A stretch of DNA of 64,000 nucleotides from an uncultured Pseudomonadota bacterium. GTDB taxonomy: Bacteria; Pseudomonadota; Alphaproteobacteria; Rs-D84; CACZYB01. Numbering within the stretch: position 1 is the first letter of the stretch; the number at the start of each line of letters is the position of its first letter. Under the pieces are notes generated by a model. The model saw nothing but the letters and a program-made list of their open reading frames with translations, searched no databases and was not told where the DNA came from. The translations under genes and the position numbers were made by a program. Below, piece by piece: positions 56,000 through 64,000 of this stretch. Where the stretch lies: the NCBI GenBank assembly GCA_902785275.1, contig CACZYB010000004.1, forward strand, positions 1 through 64,000. The letters are read 5' to 3'.

Positions 56000-56890
56000 T
56001 TATTTCTTTGAAAATTCGATGACACGGATGATGCCGCTTAGATCCTTAAAATATTTTTCGAATTTGAAACCGAATGCTTCGAATATTTTTTTTACATCGT
56101 TTTCTTGGCCTTTACCAAGTTCGAGGAATATTTTTCCATTTTTTTCAAGGATATTCCAGTTATATATTGCCTGAGAAATTGCACGATATTCATCGAGTCC
56201 GTCACGACCACCAAACAAAGCCTTTTGTGGTTCAAATTTCTTTACATCTTTATCAAGTGTTTTCATATCATTTGTAGTTATGTATGGTGGGTTGGAAATG
56301 ATGATGTGAAATTTATTTGATATTATCTTTTTGTTTGGTTTGGGTTTGTGCCAATCTTGTTTAATTATTATTGAACGGTTATCAAAAGATAAAATTTTAG
56401 AGTTTTGTTTTGCTGTTTTTACAGCACCGGATTGTATATCAATTCCTATACCAAACGCTTGTTTGAATTCTGATAAAAGACTTAAAAGAAGACATCCAGA
56501 GCCGGTTCCCATATCAAGAATTTTGTATGAAAAGTTTTTGTCTTTGAATTCTGATTTAATCGCATCGATAATAGTTTCGCTGTCGGGTCTTGGAATTAAA
56601 GTTTTTTTTGAAATTTTGAATGGAAGGGACCAAAATTCCTTGAACTTTGTGATTTGTGCAATAGGTTCGGAATTAGCCCTTCTTTTTATTAATTTCATAT
56701 AGTGGTGATAAAGCTTTAAAGGAACTTCGGTATTTGCATGGGAAATAAGTTCATAACTTTCCATACCCAAAACGTATGAAAGTAAAACCTTTGCATCCAA
56801 ATCAAAACTTTCAATACCGGCAGTTTTTAATAAAGACTTTCCGGTATTTAAAGTTTGTTCTATGCTGTATGTTTTGCAAATATCAATCAT
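56000..56890 (-). CDS. prmC: Release factor glutamine methyltransferase
   Basis: KEFWSL, TLIPRPDSE, DMGTGSGC, SNPPY, EPQKALFGG.DGL; start uncertain. Confidence 0.95.
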   Translation of the reverse strand: MIDICKTYSIEQTLNTGKSLLKTAGIESFDLDAKVLLSYVLGMESYELISHANTEVPLKLYHHYMKLIKRRANSEPIAQITKFKEFWSLPFKISKKTLIPRPDSETIIDAIKSEFKDKNFSYKILDMGTGSGCLLLSLLSEFKQAFGIGIDIQSGAVKTAKQNSKILSFDNRSIIIKQDWHKPKPNKKIISNKFHIIISNPPYITTNDMKTLDKDVKKFEPQKALFGGRDGLDEYRAISQAIYNWNILEKNGKIFLELGKGQENDVKKIFEAFGFKFEKYFKDLSGIIRVIEFSKK

Positions 56891-56951
56891 AAAAATATGA
56901 TGACATAAAGCTTTTAATATTTCCACAAGTAGATGTTCCTAAAACTTTTGT

Positions 56952-57884
56952 TTACTTTGATGAAAGCAAATATTTTGTTGCTTCCATTGCAGCTTGGGCA
57001 CCACTTGCAGCGGCAATTACAACTTGTTTAAAGTGTGGATTTTTTACATCACCAGCACCGAAAATGCCATCGATGTTTGTTGCGCAAAGGTTTGGTTTTG
57101 TTTTTATATATCCAGCTTCATCAAGTTCTATTTGATTTGCAAAAATTTCTGTGTTTGGTTTGTTACCTATTGCAATGAAAACACCTTCTGTTGGGTATTC
57201 TGTAACTTCGCCTGTTTTTGTGTTTTTTACCTTTAATGCAGAAACTTTGCCATCTGTTTCAACAATTTCTTCGACTGTAGAATTCCAAATAACTTCACAA
57301 TTTGGTGTATCAAAGAAATGTTTTTGATTGATATTTTCAGCAGTGAAATGATCTCTGCGGTGGATTACTGTAACTTTGCTGCATACAGTTGAAAGGTGCA
57401 ATGCTTCGTAAACAGCAGTGTTTCCTCCACCTATAACGAAAACTTCTTTATCACGGAAGAAGAATCCATCACATGTTGCGCAGTATGAAACGCCGTGGCC
57501 TGTTAATTTTTTTTCATTTGGAAGCCCCAAAGTTTTGCATGATGCACCAGTTGCAATGATTACAGCATCAGCAGTGATTTCTTCACCATTTTCAGTTTTA
57601 AGAGTAAAAGGACGATTGTTTAAATCTGCGTTTATAACTGTATCTGCAAGAATTTCAGCACCGAAGATTTCAGCCTGTTTTCTCATTTGTTCAGTTAGGT
57701 ATAGTCCATCGATTTTTTCTGTAAATCCAGGATAGTTTTCCAAATCAAATGACTTTGTGATTTGGCCACCGAATTCCATTCCTGTGATTATCAATGGTTT
57801 ATTTCCGTTTCTTGCAGCATAAATTCCAGCAGAATAGCCAGCAGGGCCAGAACCAATTATTACAACTTCGTGATGTTTACTCAT
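56952..57884 (-). CDS. trxB: Thioredoxin-disulfide reductase
   Basis: GSGPAG, GVSYCATCDG, GGGNTA, HRRD, GAGDV. Confidence 0.97.
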   Translation of the reverse strand: MSKHHEVVIIGSGPAGYSAGIYAARNGNKPLIITGMEFGGQITKSFDLENYPGFTEKIDGLYLTEQMRKQAEIFGAEILADTVINADLNNRPFTLKTENGEEITADAVIIATGASCKTLGLPNEKKLTGHGVSYCATCDGFFFRDKEVFVIGGGNTAVYEALHLSTVCSKVTVIHRRDHFTAENINQKHFFDTPNCEVIWNSTVEEIVETDGKVSALKVKNTKTGEVTEYPTEGVFIAIGNKPNTEIFANQIELDEAGYIKTKPNLCATNIDGIFGAGDVKNPHFKQVVIAAASGAQAAMEATKYLLSSK

Positions 57885-57961
57885 TTTTAATCTCCTTTTT
57901 TATAATTCTATTGAATTATAGGAAAATAAGAATGTTTTTTCAAGGTATTTATTATCTTTTA

Positions 57962-58876
57962 TTAAGATTTTTTATTTTCAAATTCATCAATTTTTTTTCT
58001 TAGGAGTCTTAGTTCATGTACTTGGTTATCCCTTACTAATTTTAGAACCTCAATATACTCCTTTATCATTTCGGAAATTGTGTAGTATGTGAAATCATTA
58101 TATTTAATAGTTAGCTCTCTTGAATTTACTTCTTTAACTACCTTATTTACTTCACTTATTAAATACTTTATCCAGATAAAAGATGTTACACCCTTTACCT
58201 TTTCGTAAACATTATCAATTGCAGAGCCGGAATGAATGACGTAATTGTAAAGTTTATCTTGAAGTAAAAATGTACTTTTTGAAAACATTAAGTAAAGTGT
58301 CATAAACACAGTATCTTCGTGTGTTGGAATTTGAGGAAATTTTAAATTGTTTTTTGTTATTATGGATTTTTTTATTATTTTGTTCCATAAGAATTTTCCG
58401 GTACTGTCAACAATGCTTAAATTTACTTCTTTTTTACCGGATGATTTAAGTTCCCAGTCTTTATTTTTATTCCAATATTTTCTGACACCTAGATTTTCCT
58501 TATCAAAAATGATTTTTGCACTACATTCTGCCAAATCAGCACCAGAGTTTATAATTGCTTTGAGCATTTTTTTGCACGTATGTTTTTCGAACCAGTCATC
58601 ACTGTCGCACCACATGATATATTCGGCGGTTGATGCTTTGATACCTGCATTTCGGGAATAACCGATACCCATATTTTGTGGGTTGTTGATTATTTTTATA
58701 CGTTTATCTTTTTTTGCATAACTGTTTAAAATATCCAAAGAGTTATCTGTTGAACCATCGTTTACGCAAATAATTTCGATATTTTTATATGATTGAGAAA
58801 TAAGGCTTTTGATACATCTATCTATGTATTTTTCTCTATTATAAACAGGTACGATAATTGAAATTAAATCTTTCAT
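57962..58876 (-). CDS. Glycosyltransferase family 2
   Basis: ISIIVPVYN, VNDGSTD, SRNAG, CDSDD, WNKI, HED. Confidence 0.92.
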   Translation of the reverse strand: MKDLISIIVPVYNREKYIDRCIKSLISQSYKNIEIICVNDGSTDNSLDILNSYAKKDKRIKIINNPQNMGIGYSRNAGIKASTAEYIMWCDSDDWFEKHTCKKMLKAIINSGADLAECSAKIIFDKENLGVRKYWNKNKDWELKSSGKKEVNLSIVDSTGKFLWNKIIKKSIITKNNLKFPQIPTHEDTVFMTLYLMFSKSTFLLQDKLYNYVIHSGSAIDNVYEKVKGVTSFIWIKYLISEVNKVVKEVNSRELTIKYNDFTYYTISEMIKEYIEVLKLVRDNQVHELRLLRKKIDEFENKKS

Positions 58877-58893
58877 TTTGGTCCCTTTATGTA

Positions 58894-59301
58894 TTACATA
58901 AATCGTTTATCAAAAGTTATTTCCAAACTTTGGTTTAAATTGTTGTTATAAAAATTTATAAGTTCGTTACGGAATGCATTAATATTGTCATTTAGTTGGT
59001 ATACCTGATTTTCTAAGTCATCATAAATCTTTCTTGCTTCAGATACCGATGTACATTTTTCAGGTTCGATTTTTTTTATTTTTTTTATAAAGTCATTTGC
59101 TTTTGAAACAAAATCTCTAGTGTAATCATCTATTTTTATAAGATCGTCCCAGAAATCATTTTTTTTCAAATCATCAATAGTTACAAGTTTACTTCCATCA
59201 TTCCATTCGGGCGGAACAATGGATTTAAATTCTTTTGCTTCGGTATCCTTTTGAATTATTGGATTTACCTTTTTTTTATGTTTTTTAAATAAGTTTATCA
59301 T
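58894..59301 (-). CDS. Hypothetical protein
   Basis: 135-aa ORF co-oriented with and 17 bp upstream of the GT2 gene. Confidence 0.55.
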   Translation of the reverse strand: MINLFKKHKKKVNPIIQKDTEAKEFKSIVPPEWNDGSKLVTIDDLKKNDFWDDLIKIDDYTRDFVSKANDFIKKIKKIEPEKCTSVSEARKIYDDLENQVYQLNDNINAFRNELINFYNNNLNQSLEITFDKRFM

Positions 59302-59451
59302 GCTTTAAATAATCTCATATTTTTAAAGAAAAGTAAAGTAAAAAAATAAAAACGGCTGATTTCTTGCTTGATTATAAATATGTTGAAATTTTTGGTTTTT
59401 ATATGTATACTTAGTATACTTAACTTCTTTTAATCCTGTGGGGTAAGTTAT

Positions 59452-60408
59452 ATGAAAAAGATATTTTTTATTTTATTGTTTATGATTTTTTCTGTTCCTG
59501 TTTTTTGTGCAGGTGGTCAGAACTTTTATTCTGTAAATGGTATTAGTGTTTCAGCAAATGCAGTTTCTTCCAGTGCCGCGAAAAAGCAAGCTTTGGAAAA
59601 TGCAAAGGTGAAAGCTTTTAATACAGTGCTTTCACGTATACTTGTTTCAGAGGATTTACCAAAGGTTATAATTCCAGATAGCTATAATATGGAAAAGTTT
59701 GTGCAGACAGTGAAACTTAATAATGAAAAGACAACTTCATCTTCGTATAGTGCAAGCGTTAATATTCAGATAAATAAAGGTATTATGACAGAGTATCTTA
59801 AAAATCAGGGATTGAATGTTGTTTCTGATGTGCCTCCATATACTTTGATTGTATTTAAGGGAAACGATACTTTTGATTTTATGAATAATATTGATAATGA
59901 AAATATTATTCCTGTAATTGCCTATAGTTCATCAAAGTTTTCTTTTGATGTGGAGAAGGCTGATCTTTCAAGATTTCGTGCAAGCATTCCTAATGTAAGT
60001 AATGTTGTTATTGTAAAGTCAGTTGGAAATTCAAATGGTAATTTTAACATTTCTGTAAAGGATAAATTGTTTGGTATAGAAGAAGATGTTTTGGCAGATA
60101 CTTATTCATCTGTGCCTCATGCTATATTACAAGTTTTGAATGATGCATATAAGTATGCAATGACTACTAGAGATAGTGAATATATTTCTGTTTTGGTTCC
60201 TATTTACTCTCTTTCTGATTGGTTGGATTTGGAAAAAAAACTTTCAAAAGTTCCTGTATTCAAAAATATGGAAGTTCAAGCACTAAAATATAATAGGGTT
60301 CAATTAAAGATAAAATATAATTATGATTTGGATTCTGTTATTTCTTCACTTTCAGGGATGGGTTTTGGTGTTGAAAACAAAGGTGAATATTTAATTATTA
60401 AGAGGTAA
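59452..60408 (+). CDS. DUF2066-like exported protein
   Basis: Signal peptide; YSVNGISVSANA.SSSAAKKQAL...AF..VL.RI motif; upstream of hdaA as in other Alphaproteobacteria. Confidence 0.6.
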   Translation: MKKIFFILLFMIFSVPVFCAGGQNFYSVNGISVSANAVSSSAAKKQALENAKVKAFNTVLSRILVSEDLPKVIIPDSYNMEKFVQTVKLNNEKTTSSSYSASVNIQINKGIMTEYLKNQGLNVVSDVPPYTLIVFKGNDTFDFMNNIDNENIIPVIAYSSSKFSFDVEKADLSRFRASIPNVSNVVIVKSVGNSNGNFNISVKDKLFGIEEDVLADTYSSVPHAILQVLNDAYKYAMTTRDSEYISVLVPIYSLSDWLDLEKKLSKVPVFKNMEVQALKYNRVQLKIKYNYDLDSVISSLSGMGFGVENKGEYLIIKR

Positions 60409-60411
60409 AAA

Positions 60412-61089
60412 ATGCAACAACTTCCACTTCTTTTGGAGCATAGGCGCCTTTTGGGACGTGAAGATTTTTTGGTTTCTCCTTGTAATGTAGAAGCGGTAGA
60501 GTGGATTGATTTGTATCCAGAGTGGAATAATAATTTATGTGTTGTTGTTTTGGGTGAAAAATCTTCGGGAAAGACTCATTTGGCTTGGCTTTTTAGTGAG
60601 AAAACTGGGTCAAAAGTTTATGACGCAAAGGAGCTTTCGGAGGAACTTTTTTCTGATATAGTTCCTGTTAATTCTGCTTTGGTTGTTGAAAATGTTGATG
60701 AAATTATTGGCAATTTCGATTTAGAAGAAGCTTTGTTTCATGTGATAAATTATGCACAGGAGTGTAATACAAAAATTCTTTTGACTACCGAAGTTGCATT
60801 TTCAACTTTGAATTTTAAAATTTTGGATTTAAAAACACGACTTCAAAGTTTTCCTGTGGCAAATATTTATCCACCTGATGATGATTTTTTACAGGCATTG
60901 CTTGTGAAACAATTTTTGGAAAGGGATATTATTGTTGCGCCGGATGTTATTGAATATATTGTTAAGCATATTACAAGAAATGCCGTTTCTGTGAAATATA
61001 TTGTCGATCAGGCTGATTTACTTTCGTTTGAAGAAAAACACAGAATTACAATTCCATTCATAAAAAAGATTATTGAAAAACTTGGATAG
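60412..61089 (+). CDS. hdaA: DnaA regulatory inactivator HdaA
   Basis: Clamp-binding QLPL, REDFLVSPCN, GEKSSGKTHL, LFHVIN, DLKTRL. Confidence 0.9.
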   Translation: MQQLPLLLEHRRLLGREDFLVSPCNVEAVEWIDLYPEWNNNLCVVVLGEKSSGKTHLAWLFSEKTGSKVYDAKELSEELFSDIVPVNSALVVENVDEIIGNFDLEEALFHVINYAQECNTKILLTTEVAFSTLNFKILDLKTRLQSFPVANIYPPDDDFLQALLVKQFLERDIIVAPDVIEYIVKHITRNAVSVKYIVDQADLLSFEEKHRITIPFIKKIIEKLG

Positions 61090-61090
61090 T

Positions 61091-61693
61091 TTATATCTTT
61101 TTTATTTTATCAAATTTTATTTTTCCTTCACGGAGATATATGATTTCTTTTTCTGTTGTATCGATTATTGTTGATGATTGACCAGAAAGTTTCTCGTGGG
61201 TATCTAATATTAAAACCTTATCACCAAAGATTTTTTCGGCGTCATTTGCACTTAGGCAGGCAGGATTTCCGCTTAGGTTACAGCTGGTTGAAATAAGTGG
61301 AGTTTTGATTTTTTTTAGAATCCAAAGCAATGTTTTATTGTTTGGGATGCGGATGCCGATTTTCCCATCCTTTATTACATAGTTAGAAAGTTGGGTATTC
61401 TCTTTTACTTTTAAAATCAAACTTAGGGCACCGGGCATAAATTTTTTTATTAATTTTTCATCACGAAGTGTTACCCTTGCAATCTTTTTTATTGCGGTAA
61501 TATTTGGAACATTAAGTAGTAATGATTTGCTTTTTTCACGTTTTTTTAGTTCATATATTTTTTCAATGGATTTTGAATTTGTTGCGATACATCCAATCCC
61601 AAAAACCGTATCTGTTGGGAAAATTACAACTTCTCCGGCGGAGAGTTTTTGTGCTATTATTTCAAGATTTTCTTTTATCGGTTGTAAAATCAT
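61091..61693 (-). CDS. tsaC: L-threonylcarbamoyladenylate synthase (TsaC/YrdC)
   Basis: FPTDTVFG, KKR...K, PGALSLIL, GIRIP, STSCNLSG, SSTIID, LREG. Confidence 0.93.
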   Translation of the reverse strand: MILQPIKENLEIIAQKLSAGEVVIFPTDTVFGIGCIATNSKSIEKIYELKKREKSKSLLLNVPNITAIKKIARVTLRDEKLIKKFMPGALSLILKVKENTQLSNYVIKDGKIGIRIPNNKTLLWILKKIKTPLISTSCNLSGNPACLSANDAEKIFGDKVLILDTHEKLSGQSSTIIDTTEKEIIYLREGKIKFDKIKKI

Positions 61694-61765
61694 TTTAATC
61701 CTTGATTAGTTTAATTTTATAAGTTATTATAATACTATATAACATAAAATAAAAGGGTTTTAAAT

Positions 61766-62827
61766 ATGAAAATTTTACATATTATCGATGGTGACTATTT
61801 TAAAACCCACAAAAAAACTATATCTGAGTTTATTTTGGCTTTGTCCCACGAAAATATTCAACAAAAGATATATGCTCCGGAAGGTGCGGACCTTGGATGG
61901 GTAAGTACTTTGTGTGATATTCAAAATTGGAAGGTTCCAAAGTCTGGAAAAACTAATAATTTAAAAAATAAGTTTAAAACATGGCTTTTGCTTTCTTCGT
62001 TTCATCCTGATCTTATTATTAAGTATGGAAAGACTGCACGTGAGATTGCATGGGAAACAGGTGGGGTTCAGATTTCATTTTTAAATGAAAAGGAAAATCT
62101 TTCATCCTATGAAAATACTGATTATATAATGACTAATATTGAGGATGTGTTGAATTTTGCAAAGTCGCACGGGTATAGTGGATCTCGTTCATTCTTGCTT
62201 CCACCATTTATGTATTTATATGATAACAATATTCCTGTGGACAAGCGTAGCTATTTTATTCCGGAAAAGGCAAAAATTGTTTATATTGCCGGAACATTTT
62301 TGAAAAATGTTGGTTTTGAGCGTGCATTTGATTCTGTCGGTGTCGTTTCGGATACTTATTTCTTTATTGTTGGAAGTGGTCCGGATGAGGAATATGTGAA
62401 GGACTATGCTTCACGTGTTAATATTAAGGCAAGATCAAGATTTATTCCGGAAATTGAGAAGAGTTTTGTTTCATCAAGTGTGGCTGAATTTGCTTTTTTA
62501 CCATTTGATGATTCCGAACTTTCAAAATATATTTTGGAAACAATGATGCAAAAGAAATTGGTTGTGACTGTTGAAAATTCTCAATCAAAGGAATTTATTG
62601 TTGAAGGTAAGACTGGTTTCTTTGTTCCAAAAAATGATAATTATTTAATAAAGAAGCGTTTGAAGGAAATTATTGCTTTGCCAGAGGAAGAAAAGCAAAA
62701 AATTGTTGAGGCGGGCTTCGAAGTTGCAAAACATTATATGCATAAGAAGATAATTTCTGGATATATTCAGATGTTTGAAGAATTGATAAAAAAGTATAAT
62801 TCCAGAAAGAATCTTTTGAATAATTAA
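61766..62827 (+). CDS. Glycosyltransferase family 4 (GT-B) protein, divergent
   Basis: MKILHI, IVGSGPDE, ILETM..K.VV, I.EGKTGF. Confidence 0.72.
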   Translation: MKILHIIDGDYFKTHKKTISEFILALSHENIQQKIYAPEGADLGWVSTLCDIQNWKVPKSGKTNNLKNKFKTWLLLSSFHPDLIIKYGKTAREIAWETGGVQISFLNEKENLSSYENTDYIMTNIEDVLNFAKSHGYSGSRSFLLPPFMYLYDNNIPVDKRSYFIPEKAKIVYIAGTFLKNVGFERAFDSVGVVSDTYFFIVGSGPDEEYVKDYASRVNIKARSRFIPEIEKSFVSSSVAEFAFLPFDDSELSKYILETMMQKKLVVTVENSQSKEFIVEGKTGFFVPKNDNYLIKKRLKEIIALPEEEKQKIVEAGFEVAKHYMHKKIISGYIQMFEELIKKYNSRKNLLNN

Positions 62828-62838
62828 AAAAAATTAAT

Positions 62839-62871
62839 AAAAAAGCCCCACAAATTTGATGTAGGGTTTTT
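62839..62871. terminator. Bidirectional intrinsic terminator
   Basis: aaaaaagccccaca-aatttga-tgtagggttttt between convergent genes. Confidence 0.65.
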
Positions 62872-62888
62872 GTTTGTTGTTATGAAAA

Positions 62889-63512
62889 CTATTGTTTTTT
62901 ATCTTGCATATATTTGAATGCAATAGTCATATATTGTTTTCCGGTCCAGATTGTAAGAATGCTTGCAATTAAAAGTAAGCAAATTCCGGCAACATATACG
63001 TTGAATGTAAAGTAATCCCAGAAACTGTTATAAAATTTGTTTATATGTGGGTTGCCAAGTATTAGGCAAGCAATTGCAAAGAGTTGAGATGTGGTTTTCC
63101 ATTTTGCGAGTTTCGATACAGGCATTTTTATATGGAAATTACCAAGATATTCACGAAGTCCGGAAACAAATATTTCACGGCAAATTATAACAGAAGCAAG
63201 AATTGTTTCGAAAACGCCGATAAATTTTGTTTGAACTAAAACTATTAAGATTGTTGCAACTAAAAGCTTGTCTGCGATTGGGTCCAAAAATCTTCCGATT
63301 TCAGAGGTTAATTTCATTTTTCGTGAAAGATAGCCATCGAAATAATCAGTTATACTTGCAAGACCGAATAAAAAGCATGCAACAACATTTGAATAGATTT
63401 CGTTATCACTGTAAAGTATGCAAAAAATTGCAGGAATGATAAGAATTCGAATGTATGTAAGTACGTTTGGTAATGCCCAAAGAAGATTTTTTTGACAATT
63501 CTTTTTTTTCAT
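62889..63512 (-). CDS. pgsA: CDP-diacylglycerol--glycerol-3-phosphate 3-phosphatidyltransferase
   Basis: PNVLTYIR, TDYFDGYLSR, GRFLDPIADK, REIFVSGLRE, AKWKT. Confidence 0.96.
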   Translation of the reverse strand: MKKKNCQKNLLWALPNVLTYIRILIIPAIFCILYSDNEIYSNVVACFLFGLASITDYFDGYLSRKMKLTSEIGRFLDPIADKLLVATILIVLVQTKFIGVFETILASVIICREIFVSGLREYLGNFHIKMPVSKLAKWKTTSQLFAIACLILGNPHINKFYNSFWDYFTFNVYVAGICLLLIASILTIWTGKQYMTIAFKYMQDKKQ

Positions 63513-63576
63513 TTTTGTTTCCTTTGTTTCCTATACCGATACATATTACTAGCATAAATTTTTTATTCAATAGTTT

Positions 63577-64000
63577 TTAATGAAAAGTTTTATAAATTTT
63601 TTCGGCAAGGCTTTTATTTATCCCATCAACCTTTGTAAGTTCAGAGATATCTGCGTTTATGATATTTTTTACACTTCCGAAGTAATTGAGAAGATTTCTT
63701 TTTTTTGTAGCACCGATACCGTCTATATCATCAAGGGCAGAACGGAAATGTGATTTTTCACGCTTTTTTCTGTGGGTTGAGATGGCGAATCTGTGTGCTT
63801 CATCACGAATTCTTTGAAGATAGAAAAGAATAGGGTCGTTTTTCGCAAGGTTTATAGGTCTGTGTCCTTTTTGATAAAGGGTTTCTTCACCGGCATTTCG
63901 GTTTTCCCCCTTTGCAATACCGACAATAGGGGTTTCAAGTTCAAGATTGCGAATAACATTATATGCAATATCAAGCTGGCCACGTCCACCATCCACAATG
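63577..64000 (-). CDS. uvrC: Excinuclease ABC subunit C, C-terminal part (runs off the window)
   Basis: DGGRGQL, GIAKG, LQRIRDEAHRFA, HhH motif IDGIG; uvrC-pgsA order. Confidence 0.95.
   Translation of the reverse strand, partial: IVDGGRGQLDIAYNVIRNLELETPIVGIAKGENRNAGEETLYQKGHRPINLAKNDPILFYLQRIRDEAHRFAISTHRKKREKSHFRSALDDIDGIGATKKRNLLNYFGSVKNIINADISELTKVDGINKSLAEKIYKTFH

Overview
AT-rich bacterial chromosome segment. Its gene set (CarD with a zinc-less DksA, a TipN/GPR-like coiled-coil protein, DUF2066-hdaA, rpmI-rplT-pheST, pal-cpoB) points to an Alphaproteobacterium, probably an uncultured host-associated lineage (inference). Most of the window is housekeeping: translation, envelope, repair, redox and stringent response. 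There are two tRNA integration sites. At tRNA-Arg(CCT) sits a roughly 9 kb island with no integrase (about 6000-14931), closed by a decayed copy of the tRNA 3' end. At tRNA-Leu(TAA) there is a short integrase N-terminal relic. The best candidate for an undescribed system is on the first island. An NmlR/AdhR-type MerR regulator with two clear operators sits in front of a peroxidase on one side and an ABM - metallophosphoesterase - 'DXS' - flavin reductase operon on the other. The 'DXS' keeps its ThDP catalytic residues but has lost the residues that bind glyceraldehyde-3-phosphate, which suggests a stress-induced carboligase for non-phosphorylated aldehydes or electrophiles rather than an isoprenoid enzyme. 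Other oddities: a GrpE with a 25-Cys metallothionein-like N-terminus, a degenerate family-4 UDG, an LMW-PTP with Asn in place of the general-acid Asp, a Thermus-like homodimeric GlyRS, a paralog pair with near-identical C-terminal halves, and several pseudogenes missed by the ORF track. All family assignments come from recalled motifs, not database searches.
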